From the NCBI GenBank assembly GCA_964057225.1, contig OZ059896.1, forward strand, positions 6,634,001-6,698,000: 64,000 nucleotides of DNA. Reading direction: 5' to 3'. This document shows positions 35,916-51,582 of the stretch, piece by piece. The number at the start of each line of letters is the position of its first letter. Within the stretch, counting starts at the first letter, position 1. This DNA comes from Auanema rhodensis. Lineage: Eukaryota > Animalia > Nematoda. The position numbers were made by a program, and so were the translations under genes. The notes under the pieces are model-generated. The model saw only the letters and a list, made by a program, of their open reading frames with translations, made no database searches and was not told where the DNA came from.

Positions 35916-37927
35916 TCGGCGAAAACAAAGGAAATAACATGTAAAAAACCTTAAATTAAACTTTAAATTGAAAGTTTTATTGATATAATTGATAATTTAC
36001 AACCGGTTAAGTGGCGTTAAGTTTATTTAGGCTTAAACTTTTAAAATTTTGTAGAAATCTGAACAATTAGGCTGAATACGGTATTAAAAAGTTGAATATG
36101 ATGAACATATAGTTTAGGTCTGACAAGCATTTGAAGATATAAAATGAAATCATTAAGTATATCAAAGTAATAATCTGAAAAACAATAGAAAAGTAAACTA
36201 AAATTGTTTAAAATTCTACATTTTATTTTCACATTTTTGTGTTTTTTTTAGATAATTATGTAATAAGGAATTTGATACAAGGCGTTAAGTTTGTTGCAAT
36301 ATGCTGGTAATTTTAAGTTTAATAAGCATAGGATGCGGCAAGCATCTGCTACTGTACGTTATCATAGTAATTATTCGGTATAATCAAAAGAAATCACAAA
36401 AAGCATCTGTTACTCACAGGTGTTTTAGATTAGTTATACTAACAGTTCCTTATCTGTAGTCAATCTATTTTGTTTCTTTTATGATGATAATGAGTACAAC
36501 ACTGAGCAGTGAGCTTTAACCTGAGTTGTTGCTCAACTGCCAACAGCTGACTTCGTGCTGTGAATCCATGCTAGCTACATATACACGGCTTTGCTTCAGA
36601 TCTACATCTTTGTGCCGTAGCATAGCATCAAGCTGTTAATATGCATTCTTTTGATCTTCCTTACCTACACTTCTTTCATTTTTTTACTTTAATTTGATGT
36701 AGGCAAAAAACAAGTTTTGTTAACCATTTTTTCAAGTTTAAGTTGACGAAGTTCATGACGTGAAACGATTTCAATCGTTTCAAAGTACAAAATCAAGGAC
36801 AAAACGATGACAGATGGCAGAGTGGCATGACTAAGCTGAGACAATATCTTGACAGGACATGTAGCAGCTGAAAGTCTAGAAGAAAGATCTGTTGTTGAAA
36901 ACAAATTCAAGGTTTTCCGGAAGTTATTCAAAATAGTTTAATATAAACAGTTTTTGTATTATATTAACTAAATATAATTGTTATATAAATCTATTTATAT
37001 ATAAAAAAATAAAATATTCTTTATATATATATGTACATGGTACATGTTTTGTATTCAAATGTTTTCTTAGATGTCAAATCAAATTACAAACTTTGTCGAA
37101 TTAGAAGACGATGACAAACTAAAATTAGTTTGTATTGACCTCATTTACTTTGAAAATATATCATTATACCCGAGACAGGTTGATTCGATAAAATCTACGC
37201 TTTTCTCTACAACGGCGATGGATGGAGTTGATTTTCCGATTGGCTTGTAGTTTAAATTGCCCTTTGGGAGGTCTATTCAACTTATTTTCATCATTGAATT
37301 CCTTTTTTCAGTCTATCATCAGCCTGAACTCCTAAGTGAACTCTGTATTTGTGTTCTAGGCTGACGAAAAAACTTCAAGTTGCTAACTTCTTACAAGCAT
37401 ATATGAACATTGGTTGTAAACTGTAGGCAAGGCATGTTCACAGTTTCAAAAACATATAAGTTGTAGCCTAAAATGAATTAAAAATATAATTAAATAGGTT
37501 ATAAATCTGTCTGTCGTCTATTTTATTTAATTATTTCAAATAAAAACCGTGACAGCTGATAAAATTTACAGTTCTTTGTAGGGTCCTTAACCGATATAGG
37601 TGACAAAATACCCTGAACCTTTGATATACATAGAGCGACTCAATAGATCAAAGCTAATTGTCGGTAAAAATCAAAGACTTTTCATTTATAGTAAGTTTAT
37701 ATAAAGAAAGACTTAAGTGTTGAATATCTTGTATTGTTTATCATATTGCTATTTTAACACTTATTATTCGTTAAAAGCGGATATGATGTTTCAAAGACAT
37801 TTGACCTTTTTTATGAACTTTAATATTGCTTTTGATGAAACATAATAATAGAATTATAATATAATATATAACTATATTGAAAATACATTTATAAAAATAT
37901 AATATAGATTTGATTATTTCCATATTT

Positions 37928-37958
<31 letters not shown>

Positions 37959-40900
37959 TATGTATACTATGCATATAATTAGTATTGTTCAGGTTGTTGT
38001 TTTACGAGCAGATGTTCACAACTTATTTTCACATAAACCAAAACTTATGTCCAACTTATTCTTATGCTTTAGCAATATGTCATGGATATTCGAGAACACA
38101 TAGCAATTATCTAATCTTCTAACTTTTTTCAAGAAAATATTTTATCCTCTACTTATGCGGTCCCGACATCACTTGCAAGTTTAATGATCATCTTTCTTTA
38201 GATTTGATGAGTTCAAAAGACGAAAATGATCTACTCAGAGAGTTTCCGTTACTAATCCTCTATGATTTCTGTCACGACAGTTTCATAGAAGTATCCGGCT
38301 ATAGCGTTAACCCGAAACGGATTACCGGAAGACGATGTCATGCGGTGATTTCTATTCAAAAACATATCTAGGGATTAAATATATTTTTCCCTAGATATAT
38401 TGAAATCGGTAAGTTCAAAAAATATTTTGAAATATAGAATATATAATGAGGAGAAAATGGTATCTGTAATATGCCCAGTTATTATGGAAATATCTAATAT
38501 AGTATAATAGAAACAAACTATTATACTTTTTAATATATTTCATTTTTTTATTAATAAATATATTTATATTATTTACTTATTTATTTATTTTTTATAAAAA
38601 ATAACTTTATTTATTACAGTATATTATTTGGTACCAAGTTATAGTATAACATTTATAAGATCAAAGAATACCGACATTTACTCTGTTTATGGCCTAAGTT
38701 ATCGAAAGATATAATCAAGAGTTTAAAAATACAAATATACATATATAGGTATAGTTAATTAATTAGATTGAAAATTTAAAAAGTAAGATTAAGTGCCAAT
38801 AGGCAATTAAGCCTTATATGCACTTAGTTTTGTACTAGACTATCTCGATTCTCATTGTTTGGGATAATTAGATGAAATCAGATAAGAAGGGCAAAACGTT
38901 TAGAAATAATTATGAAGGTGAGTGCTTGAGAAGTCAGTATGAAGATCTTACTTGCCTATAGTTAAGATGCATTGCGTATTAAGATGGCCATTCAACGGAT
39001 TAGATTGGAGAGATTTTCCATGTCCTCACTTACATCCAGCTGGATGGCATCATGCTAATGGTTTTAGATGGCAATTTATGATTTCTTCCATATTTTTTAA
39101 TTATTTATTAATCCTGTGTAATACCTAAATTACCCAAAAACCAAATAAGGTTTGATGTTTGGCTTAATTTCAGCTTATAGCTTAGATTCTTGAAAAACTA
39201 GGATTTTCCCTTTTTGTAACTTCCCATCATCTTCTATAAAGCTTATGTTAAGCTGTAAATGGGAAAAATCTGAAATAACTCAATCTGACAGCTGATTTGA
39301 ATATTTTTAGAAAATTGATGTTAAGAGCAGACTAAAAGTTCTCTTTGATATTGCTCCCTATAGAGTCATCTGGTCTATTCATAATCTTGGAACGATGAGT
39401 CAGTTGTTCAAGTAGTTAGCACTTGCAGTTATACATTCCAATGAACATGATTATTGACCTTCTTATAACTATATGATATTAATTGCATAGTTAATCATCT
39501 GTATTATACATCTACTGTTGCGAAAATTTTTTGATTTTACTCTGCTTGACCGTTTGATTATAGATTCCACTTGTGTTTTGTAACCCTCTTAACCTATTGT
39601 CATTTTGAATTGGCCGTTTATGGATGATAGAACGTCAAGTATCTAAGCAATAGCTTCCGTTTTTCTCTTTCAATCTTACACTTCTTATATTCATCGTCTT
39701 ATTCTTCTTAAGAATACCAAAAGTCATTGGATGTATAGGATTGGATAACAGGCATGCATCTTCTGACTACTGTACAAGAAATTCTTTTGTTTTCAATAAA
39801 AAATTGCGTTTTATGTCCAATGCATTCCTTTGTTTTACTTTTTTCCTCAGTTTTTGTTTTATTGCAGATGATGCCAATGAAATAAATTTCTTGTTGTATT
39901 GAAACTTTCATATTGAAATGTGAAATACTTATGTTTGTATGTTTTCAAAATATTTAAGATTGTTCAAACGTGGGAACTATTATTCATATTATAGTTAGAG
40001 GTTATATATAAATATCTATTTTAGGAACTTTTTCCAGATTAAAAAATGTCTTTTCGACAGATTTTGATGACTAAGCACCGGAAGTCATACGGACAACTAA
40101 CCAATTGACAACCATAGTTTCACCTTCTCGCAGTACTGTGAAGAAATTGTCCGGTGGTCATAGTCCGAACTTCGTTAGTTTGACAGCTCAGGTCATGAGG
40201 TTCAATCTGTACATACAGTTAGTAAAAATGGCTTGAGGTTATATGAGAGAATCCCAGCTGAATCTCACACTAAGGTCATTTCAGTCAGAAATTAGACATG
40301 ATGATATGCTATGTCTCAAGATATATCTTGTGGCTACTCATTACCTGTCTGTAGGTAATATTCATTGGTAATTGGTAAATTTCATATTAACAACCAATCA
40401 ATCATTTGAATACAAACTGATTGAATATCTAACATTCATGCTTTTTTGAGATAATAGATATGTATGTCTGTAATATAAGATGAATCTACTTAGATCTTAC
40501 ATGAAGATATGTATTTCAATAATTACTGGGATCATCCTATTAGGCAAATAGGTATACAGTGATCATTAGATAGTTTTAATGTCATTTACAACTAAATATA
40601 TCTTTGCTTATCCATATATCCTTTTTGAAATTTAAAATGTTAAAAAGAGATTCACATAATATTAATATCAACAGGTATTAACTAATGTTAGGATGGTTGA
40701 ATGCTTAGGTCATGTCCTTAAAATATGTTATAACCATGTCGGATAATGTTTACGAGCAGTAGTAGTACCACCTTATGCACATGGAAGGGCAGGTGGCCAA
40801 AGTTTTGTTTTTAAGGCCGAAATAAAGATAGCTATCCAGATGGTTCAGGTTTGTAACATGATAGCCATAAAAGGTAAAATAGGAACAGTCTCATTACATA

Positions 40901-43900
40901 AACATCTCATATCACATTCCGTTAGTCTAAGTCAATTGGCTTAGTAGGTAAAAAAAAGTATTTTTATTTGATTTTTAGTTTATCAAATTTCAAATTAATA
41001 TAAGATTAATAAAGATATTTTATAAAAGTTATTTAATAATCTAATTAAGTCTGTTTAGTCTATAATATATATAAGAAGATATTAATATATATATATATAT
41101 AGATATATAGATAGATAGATAGATATTTATCTTAATCTTACATTCGCCAGACTATACTACCATATTTAATTTCAAATTTCAAAACCAGACTAAACAAAGT
41201 TTTATCTGATTAATCATTTGATTTTTTTTTCATATCATATAGCTATAAGTATTAATTATAATAAGGGGATTTTAATACTTAGTTAGAATTATATTTCAAG
41301 TTTTAAGTTGTTTCTCAATGATTCTTGTAAATATATCGTTGTAGAATGGATCATATATCGATGTCATTTCGTTATATGATCAGTTTGATTTGTAGTTGAA
41401 GTAGATTTTACATCTCAATTACATTCTACAGGTACTTGAATCTCTCATCTGACCTAAACTGCATATCAAATCAGGAAATTGTCTCATAAGCCGGCATACA
41501 TAAGTGAGAAGGAACAGGTGATCAGTACCAGATTAAAGATGAAAAGAAATATGCTCTTCTGTCTCTTTGAATGTTATATTTGAACAAGACAGATTGTGGA
41601 TTACTCTGCAAAATTCTTCTCTCTCTCTCTATATGTTTTTCTCGATCTCTCTCCTAGTATGTGGTTGTCTTTCGTGTAATCTGAGAGCAACAGCAGAAGG
41701 ACTTTTTAAGAAAAAAGTCAGATATCCCAAAAATACAACAGAAAGAGAGAGATTGGGGAGAGAAAAAGAGAGAGGGAGAGATTAGAAGAAGGTGTATGTA
41801 TGTAATACAATACTCTGTATGTGGTCGCAAGATTAACACCTCTTCGATGGGTTCAAATCAGTCTTGTTATCTTTGCCGATTTTCTTTGAATTATAGTACA
41901 TTAGCCGTGTTTACAATATAATTGCTATCCTGGTTAAGGACTTGTAGCCTATTGTATCTCTAAATATCTCTATGTAAATGAAAAAAGGAAGAAGAAATCT
42001 AAATGTCATTCATCCCAATAAACATGTAGAAACAGAGTATTGACCAAGGACAACGATGCTCTCAACCATATTCTACCGTCCTTTATATGGTCAATAACAG
42101 TTCTAAATTTCAAATTGAAAAAAAAACAATTTGATATGTTCTTTTAATTTATTAGAATTCAATTGGAATGGTAATGTACTGTGAAGAAGAGAACAGATTG
42201 TTCTACAACCTGGCAGATTCTTTCAAGTCAACTGAACTATTGCATGTTGATCGTTATATGGTCTCCAGATGACCATAATGTAATTTGGTAAGGACTATAT
42301 ATCATTGGATTAATATATCCATATATATATATATACATATAGATATATTTATTTATTTATTATAGAAGATTTTAGTAATATTATTAAATTATTTATGAAT
42401 ATTTAAAAAAAAAATTGAAGTATAAGCAAGCTTATAATATTATAGTTAAGTACATATTCATGCGACTTTCTTAGAATGATTTCCTAAAAGCATAATAATT
42501 CATGCTGTTCAAACTATATAATATTATGAATCAGCTTTTAGTCCAATTATATTATATAATTGAATGTGTTAGAAAAGCTGTGAATGCTATCGGCTTTGAC
42601 ACACTATTCAGAAAAACTGTTTTGACCTTTAACACATATTACATGGTTAGGTATGTATTCAATAGCTAGAAGAAACATACACAGATGCCAATAGCTATTA
42701 AAGGTGTACATGACAGCTATTCAAGCTAAATCAATAGTAATCTAAATAGATAAATAAATTTTATATTTGTTTTTCCTAATTAGGGAATTTTCAAATTGAC
42801 AGCTATAGTACATTGTATTCTATTGTTTTCTTTTATTTGTATTTAATGGGAATTTACTTTTTTGTGGAAAAATTCGAAATTTCAAGCGAGGATTCATAAA
42901 CTTTATTGGGTTCACTGTTATTGAGGTTTTAGAGAGTCCTACAATTTATGACTTCAATGTCAAATCTTCTAAAGATTATCTTGATTTTTTCAATCATCCA
43001 ACTTTAAATTACCTGAATTACATGCTTTTATTTCTTTTTTTTTTTTGAAAAAAAGAAAAGAAGAGCTAACACTTGCGATGAATTTAATTATTAAATTATA
43101 AAAAAAGAATGAGTTCTCTTCATTAATGTTTTATTTCAGTTTGTCTTGAAGATGCCTGATAAGAATCTATTGACCTTTTAAGAATTGATGTAGAAGCGTT
43201 AGATGTTTCACGGTTTCTGTCTGATTTTGAAAGAAATTTCACAGAAATTATATAATTTCTTCTGTCTGTTTACTATTATCAGAATATTTGATCTGAAATA
43301 ATTCGTTTACTTTACGCATCAAACCTATATGTGACATACGATTACAAAGAAAAATAATAGATTAAGAATAGTTGTCTGGGTTTACGAAGTGCATTTTATG
43401 AAAATTATAATTCTTTAATTATAAATATTTTTATGAATAATTGTTTACTATCATTACTATTCATTTCAATCTCACAATAGTTTTTTTGATTTGAAATATT
43501 TGGACAACATAAAGTGAAAGAATATATTCCATAAAAGAACTAAGAAGCATGAGCATTAACAGAGAAGTAAAATATGTTGGAAGTCTTGTATGTCAACTTA
43601 GACAAATTGCAACATTTTAAAATCAATATTGAAGCAAAATGTAATTTAACTCGATTATTCAAAAAATTACTATAATTCAATATTAATAAATGAATTTTTA
43701 AATTTTTAAATATATATTTTTATAAATTCTTATATTTCGATAGTTATTCATAAGATAAATCATTAGTGTTTCTTATGAAATAATTTATTATTATTTATTT
43801 ATATGTATATGTATATCATTTAATTAGATGGATAGTTAGTTAGTTAGTTAGTTATATTTCAATTGAAAATTCAAAAATATTCCTTCTTTATAATTTCTTT

Positions 43901-46900
43901 TAGTGTTCTAATTGAACTGCTTGCTTATTCTTAACAAAGAGAAAGAGTCTCCCAATCAGGAAATGCAGACACCTGCTTCCTGTTCCGGAAAAAGAAGGAC
44001 CAGGCCATAACATCTTTCTTTTCTTTTGACTTGCAATACTACTATATTCTATAATACTAACAAAAACATAATTATCCAATAGATTCTTAAATCAAAGAAA
44101 AAGGGGTGGAGGGGAGCAAAAATAAAAAAAGATTACGAATTGGGAAACAAATATAAAAAAAATGTGGCTATAGTAAAAAGAATATTATTCCTTATATAGA
44201 ATAGCATAATGATAATATATGTAAGTTTATAAGCATTGTATTACCTTTAGTTATAAGTGGATATACATATAGTATAGTATATACTATGTATGTTCATAAT
44301 ATTTATTTATTTCAAATAATTAATGTTATAACTATGTATATGATTGGAATATATTTTTTATTCTTTAAAAGTCAAAGATGTCATCTAGAAATCTGGAAAT
44401 TATAAAGAAAAACTGAATGAAGTCCGAGTAGCAGGGACAAGGTCTGTGAGACCATTATCATCTCATATTTATTTTGAATAAAGAAAAGATATATTATATG
44501 GGTTGAGTAACACAAGAAAAACTTCTGAATAGGCTTTCAAGTTTTCTTGAATGAAAATATTATTTATTTAGAAAAGTGCGTGAGTTTTGGGTAAGTTATA
44601 ACAAAATTATAACATTCATATATAGTAATATTTCATAATATTACTTTATTTTTCATATATTATAGAATAATCATATGAAATGTTTTCTCTCATAAAATGT
44701 TCTTTTAATTCTTAAACATGCATGCACATGTGTGAGTAATGGTATTGAAGAAGAGCACTTAACAAAGTACTAAAGACACCAGATTCAGATGAAATATCTT
44801 TATATTTTGGATATACACATGTGTTGAAGAGAGACGAACAGACGGCATAATACATAATCTGTATATTAATAGTTAATTAGAAGATATTATAACCAACATT
44901 ACGAACACCAATCTAATTAAGTTTTTAATCTTTTCTACAGGTTATTAGGGTTTGAGAGCCACTAAACACCTTTTTTATTCAACTACTTCAGTTTACTATA
45001 AGGAGCCAACTGATCAAGTTTACCATAAATCTAGTTATATTCAATGAATTGCCTCAATTTATATGATATAATAATCTCATTTACATTTTAGATTTCTAAG
45101 TATTATATGGAAATTTGTTGTTTTCAACATGATTTTACAGTTTGTTTGAGCTTTCACGATTTTTCATTTCAAATTCTCGGTTACTCTTAAAGCAAACTAT
45201 TTTTTTCCTATTGGTAGCTAACTTCATATTTGGAATAAAAATAGGAATGAAACTTTCATCTACCTAGAGAGAATTAAGAAGATGAAAAGTAATAAAAGAA
45301 AAAAGAAAAATTATTCTTACATCTATGAGACGAACAGAGAACTACATGTCTGCCTGTCATTTCCTTTCAAAGTTTATGTCAATGCTAATTAGTAGTTGAC
45401 TAACTAACATAAAGACCAAACGAAAATCCAACTTGCGCCATCAGTTTCACTAATTCAACAGCTTTGGGTGGTAGCTGTGGTAGCAATGATGACAGAGTAA
45501 AACTAGTGTTGAAAGTAGAAGTACTAGTAACATGAGGCATAGCTATGAAAACAACGAAAGCCTTTATGGTTTTTGCTACTTCTTCTGGTGCTGTTGTTGT
45601 TAAAAAAACTAAACACATGTAACAAATATATACTTTTATATCGGTAATTATGTTTAACCTATGTTGTAAACTTATTAGTTTTCTATATTTAGGGCTTTAG
45701 TTAGAAAACTAACGGCCACCCTCGATGTAATGCCTTGTCAGATTAACGTAAAACACGCAATTCTTTCTGACAAATCCATCATATTCTTTTAATTTTTATA
45801 GATATTGTAAAATATTCATCATTATTTCTTATATATTATCGAAAAAAAGGGAATATAAGACTATAAAAACATAGTATGTATAATATTATATAAATAATTA
45901 TACATAAAAAATATGTATATAATATTTAAAGATATTCTATACTTATGAATTTCATGCTTTTTGATCCGCTTTCCTCCGCTTTTTTCCAACAACCACTAGC
46001 TCGGAAGCGACAACTAGCTGAATGTCCTTCTCTTTCCTCATGCTCAAACTTATTGCTTTTCAACCATATTCCGACTTTCATAAAAAAAATAACCGATAGT
46101 ATTTTTGAAAACAAGTTTTGTGACAACTCGAAGAAGATTTTGTCATCTTTTCTGGTAATATTGACTTCAACAAGCTGGCCCTTGTGCGAATTTCGATTGC
46201 CGTTTGAATCGTTTTCAACATTTCCATTTTCCCTTAGGCCTCCTTTCGTCTCATCGACAAATCAATATACTCTCCTTGTCTCTGCTTGCTTCGAAATACA
46301 CTCTAGTTACCGCTTTCTATCTATATATAACAATTCTAGAAGTTTATATTTACTTTTAAATCTTTCGTGTTGGTATTTTTTTTAACAAAAATTATTATTT
46401 TCAAAATATATTCATAAAGATGCATGTTTTTCTATTTTGGCTATACGTAACTCTTTATTATTCAATATAAACCATCATATCTTATTATTAATATAATTTT
46501 ATAAATTAATTTTAACTAGATAATATTCTTGAAAGTTTATATAAGCACTTTAGAAATTTTTAAAGTTCTTACGTAAAAAGATGCACGGGCCTTGAACTTT
46601 GTATGAGGAATGTTGTTTTCCAGTTGCCATAATTGAAACAATCATGTTACTTCCTTCAAACAAATACTAAGAACTTTATGAAAGACAAAAACGCTGTAAC
46701 TAGGTTAACAAGCTATGAATAAAATATAAATACGGTAATATAAACCATACGAACCAATACGTATACATTTAAAAGCTTTATTACAGTATTTTGCATAAAT
46801 AATAATAATTATTATAGTTTATAATATACTATACTATATATAAACTATATGTGTATATAGTAAAGTTGTAGTTATAGCTAATCATTAATTTTTTTGTTTT

Positions 46901-47116
46901 GTTTGTATTCATGCTTTGTATGTAATTTAATTTAAATATAAATTTGTCTTTATCATTTTTTAAAATACATGTTATGCCTTGGTCGTGCTCTTCTGTGAAA
47001 AAAGCCAAGACTAATAATATCCGTTTCTCACATATCCTATCATTTCGTTTGATTTTCGACTGAACAACACTTTGTCTTCCAGAGTTGTAAAAACTTGGGG
47101 TTGCTCCTTTTCCGGA

Positions 47117-50100
47117 ATGGATGGCGCTCCAGCTCCGGCTCCTAGTGTTAGAGGGCATCATTTCAGCATTAGTGCGCCTTCTTCTGGAAGAAGACCTCTC
47201 ACAAGGTTTGTATTCTAGCAAGAATTTAGTTGCGATTAAGTTAAAAAGCTTTATTGATTTTTGTTGATATTTATATTTTTCTCTTAATTGCAGACAACAT
47301 CGATCCATGGATGTGGTTGGTGGGATGCATGACTTGGATTTAGGTTATAATACGGATCATCTTCTGAATGTGAGTTTCTTTTTCTAGTTTTTAATATTTT
47401 ATAATCTAATTGATAATATTTATTTTTGGATGTCTTTTTATAGGAACCTTTAAGTGTTGCTACACAGTTTCAACCATATGTTTCAAATGGTAGAGGCCCA
47501 TTATCAAATCCGACGTCTACCAACCCTGCATTTTGGAACAATATAGGCAATTCGTAAGTTTTTTTTTCTCATTTGTATACAAGTGTATCATCTTGCACTT
47601 ATGTTTCTTGTCTCCAATCACTGTTTTCACTTCTTCTGTCCGGTTTTCATCACATTCCTTGTCCATTTCTCTGAACCATATAATGCAATATATCTTATTT
47701 GGAATTAGAAGCACTTCACTAATATTTTTTCTTCAATTATTTTTTATTATTAAAAATTGTATTCTGAGATGTTATACATTCATTAGTTATTTAGAACATA
47801 TTTTCTAAGGACAATTATATGTGTTGAAGATCTCAAGTTTCACTTTTCTTTCCTTTCCATGACTTCAGTTATTTACGAATACTTTAATTAATTCTTATCC
47901 TTTAGAATGATGTATGGAGATGGAACAAACCGAGAAGGTTTGTCGGATTATGATCATTTGAGAGTAGACTATGAGGCTGCGATAGAAAAATTAAATCAAA
48001 CAATGAATAGTATTAAGACATTCTGGAGCCCAGAGTTGAAGGTATTATCTTAATAAATTCTTTTGATTATAAACATTCGAGAAATAATTGCATGGTTAGA
48101 CTCTTCGACTATTTTCTCTCATTTCAGAAAGAAAGGCAATTGCGTAGAGAAGAAGCAATAAAAATTGCAAAGCTAGAGCATATGCTTCAGTCTGGTCAGT
48201 TAGGAAATGCGTCGTCTTCTGAAAATGGTAGGTAGATGCATGTGTGACATAGAATACTATCGTCTTTTCAGCTCAATTACGAATGGAAATTGCTGCTAGA
48301 GATGAACGCATAAGACAATTGTCTTCTTTACTTGACGAGGGGGGAGCTGGTGAGTCTTTTTCAAATTGTTTATAAATATGTATTTGTTCATTTATAGGAG
48401 TTTCTAATGGTTTCTCAGAAATTCGAATTAGAGAATTAGAAGACAACATACTACAACTGCAAGGTTTACTGCGGTCAAAGGATCAACAGGCTCTTAATCA
48501 AATGGTGTCTTATTATACCATATACGTTGAATATATTTGATTGTTTTCAGGATGCTAGTGGTCGGTTTGCTTTGGAAAATGCTCTACGACGAGTTGATGA
48601 AAAAGTAAAATCGATATTGTTATTTATTTTTATTTTTGTTATATCTAGCAAACTCGAATTAATGAATTAGAACAAGAAATGACTCGCCTTCGAACCCATA
48701 GAAGTGGGCAACCTCGAGATTTCACAGATAAGAGCATATCCAATCATGATGTGGTTTGTTTTTTATTAATGCTATACAGAATAGTATATTAATTGAAATT
48801 TAGGTAACAATTCGTATGAAATTAGAAAGATCTGAGTTAGAACTGTGTGAACGGAAAGCTGAACTTTCTACAGCACAATCAAGAATGAGAGTTGCGGAAG
48901 ACCAAGTTTGTTTTTAATTGTTCTCTTTTCTACAGCTATGTTAAGGCTGCTGAAATGAGATCTCATCTCCAACTTCTTAAAGAACAATTAACTAATCGAG
49001 AACAACAATGTGCTCTCCTTCAAGGCGATGTAAGCTCTTTAATGTTTTTCTTTATTTGTTTTATGTCTGTTTTAGGTTGAAGCATTACGGCAAAAGCTAG
49101 AATCCAAAAACGAACAAATGATGCAAAGAGATTCTCGGATAGAAAAATTAGAAAAAGATTTGATTGGATCAAAAGGAGATGTTCAGGATAGAAGTGAACA
49201 GGTTCAACTTTTTCCTTGGAATATGTTGTATTTAATAATTTAGATGAGACAAGCTGATTTAAAAATGTCGCAACTTGTTGGACGTGTTGAAGCACTGGAA
49301 GCAAATCTTAGAGAAAAGGAACAAGAGCTCGATAAAGCTAAGGTTAGTTTTGTTATTTCCTTTATTTATCTCAAGCTTTTGTTTAGATTCGTCTTCTCAG
49401 CCACCCCGATGTTATTAAAGAAAAGGATATGAGAGAAAAAATTGAGCAAGGTTTTTAGTTTAAAATTTTTCTTTCATTTTTCTTTTATTTATTTTCAGGG
49501 GAAAGAGAGAAACAAAAACTTCAAGAACACATTGATCAGCTACGTAGGTGTTCGGAAAAAGATAGAATGGAACAACAGGAAACGTACAAGAAAGAGGTAT
49601 ATCTGTATTTATATTCTTTTTCACATTTTCCTTTTAGGCTCGACAACTACAAGCTAATGTTGATAACTTGCAAAAGGAATTACAAGATCGTGATGTTTTG
49701 CTTGAATCCCAGAATGAGAAGGCATTGTTATATTTCATTCCTCAAAAGATAATGCATTCTATTCAGATAGGAGATCTTGCTCGAGAACTTGGAGCTGCTC
49801 ATAAAAAACTTCAAGATGCTATGGTTGACAAAGGAGCTGATGAACTCCGTCGTGATGTCTGTTTATGGGCTGTATTCATGCTTTTAATGAAAAAAATTTC
49901 AGGTTGAATCGGCTAGAGGAGAAGTAGAAAAGCTTTTAAAGATGGTCAAACAATTAGAAAAAGAGAATAACCAACTTTCGACTCAATGCAAACAGTTACA
50001 AGTAAAAAATTTTTAAAATACTTTAAAATCTCTTCTTATGTAGGGAGCAGCTGATAATAGAAGTGGAAATGAATGTGGAACCTTAATCAAAGTAATCAAT

Positions 50101-50973
50101 AATCTTATCACAAAAACCGAATAATCGTATTATAGAATGATCGAAGTCTTTTAAATAATATAAGTTCATCAGGTCCTGGTGTACATTCAGCTTTGAAAAA
50201 GAGGTATGGATTCCACTTAAATTATATGTGAAATAATTCACATAAATATATAGAGTTGAAGAACTTGAGGAGGCTTTACGTGAATCTGTTAGTATAACTG
50301 CTGAGCGTGAAGTTCATTTATCGCAGCAAAAGCATTTGCTTCATCAAGTTAATACTCAGGTAAATGATGTAAACGTTTTTCATACTCTTCTTTATTTTTT
50401 CAGCTTTCCGATGCTCGTAGAGAAGTATCTGAGTTACGAAAGTCTACTGGAAATGCCAGCGAACGTGACCAACTTATGCGTTCTATTGAAGCTGAGCGAC
50501 GTCAACATCTTGAGCAATTGCTGGCCTTAAAGTATGTCTTACATGTATTATAAATTCATTGATATTCCCAAATTTATAGGCAAGAGGCTATTCTGGCAGC
50601 TATAAGTGAAAAAGATGCTCATCTTGCTCTATTGGAAAAAGGTCGAGCCCCTAGAGATGAAATTGAAACAATCAGACGACAAAAAGAAGCTCTCATGCGA
50701 AAGTTGAAACAAGAAAATGAAAGGTTTTTTTTGTCCGGAATTTATGAGTTTGAATGGATTGCCTCTTAGACGTGCTCTTGTTGTACGACCGGAATCGGCT
50801 GCTGGTTTAGCTAGTGTAGGTCCCGGAGCTCCTGCTGTTTTATCTGTGGTTCCTCAAGCAGCACCAAGACAAGGTATCTTATATAGTTTCTTAAATGGGA
50901 TATAAAAATTGTATATTTAGTTGATCTTATGACAGCATCATTAGATGATGATGGAGAAGGTATATGGGCTTAA
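47117..50973 (+). CDS. elks-1: ELKS/ERC/CAST active-zone coiled-coil protein
   Basis: MDGAPAPAPSVRGHHFSIS...RPLTRQHRSMDVVGG, MNSIKTFWSPELKKERQLRREE, RVEELEEALRESVSITAERE, KQEAILAAISEKDAHLALLE and the C-terminal PDZ ligand DDDGEGIWA*. Confidence 0.95.
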
Positions 50974-51582
50974 AAAAATCTAGTTCGATTCTTGTAATTA
51001 TATGTATTATACATTTAATTTATTTTAATGCTGTTGTGGCATGTGATAACCCAAGCATTTCAATTTACTGCTTTTACTACTGATTGTCTTTTTCAAAATC
51101 GGTGACTAAATACTAATGTTGACTACTTATACATATTTTTATGTTCATATATTTATATTTTTCACTGTTGAGACTTCCGTTTAATATTACTCTCAAGAAA
51201 ATTTGAAATTACAAATCTCATTGTCTTTCACTTATCGTTTGATTATTACTTATGTGCCATCAACGCACATGTCCTCGGCTTGCTATTAGCAATAAATTTC
51301 AAAACTGTTACCATGTATATTCATTTTTAAGATTTATTAAAGTTATATAAATAAAATGAAAATGTATAAATATAATAATTGATATACATATGTCTTTTAG
51401 TATTTAATATTGGTACAGATGAGATCACAGGCAAAATTACTCATGAATGTCATGGGCATTGGCAAAATTTTGAGGCATTCAAATGCTAATAGTGTAAGAA
51501 ATACACAAGTTTCAACGAAGTTTTAAAGAATGACAATGATATAAAGTGAAAATTATGACATTCTCTTAAAACTATATTTCGA

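Noticed and set aside
36026-36036. TTAGGCTTA as interstitial telomere or DNA-elimination site
   Set aside because: Only 1.5 repeats, with no array or palindromic break motif recognisable.
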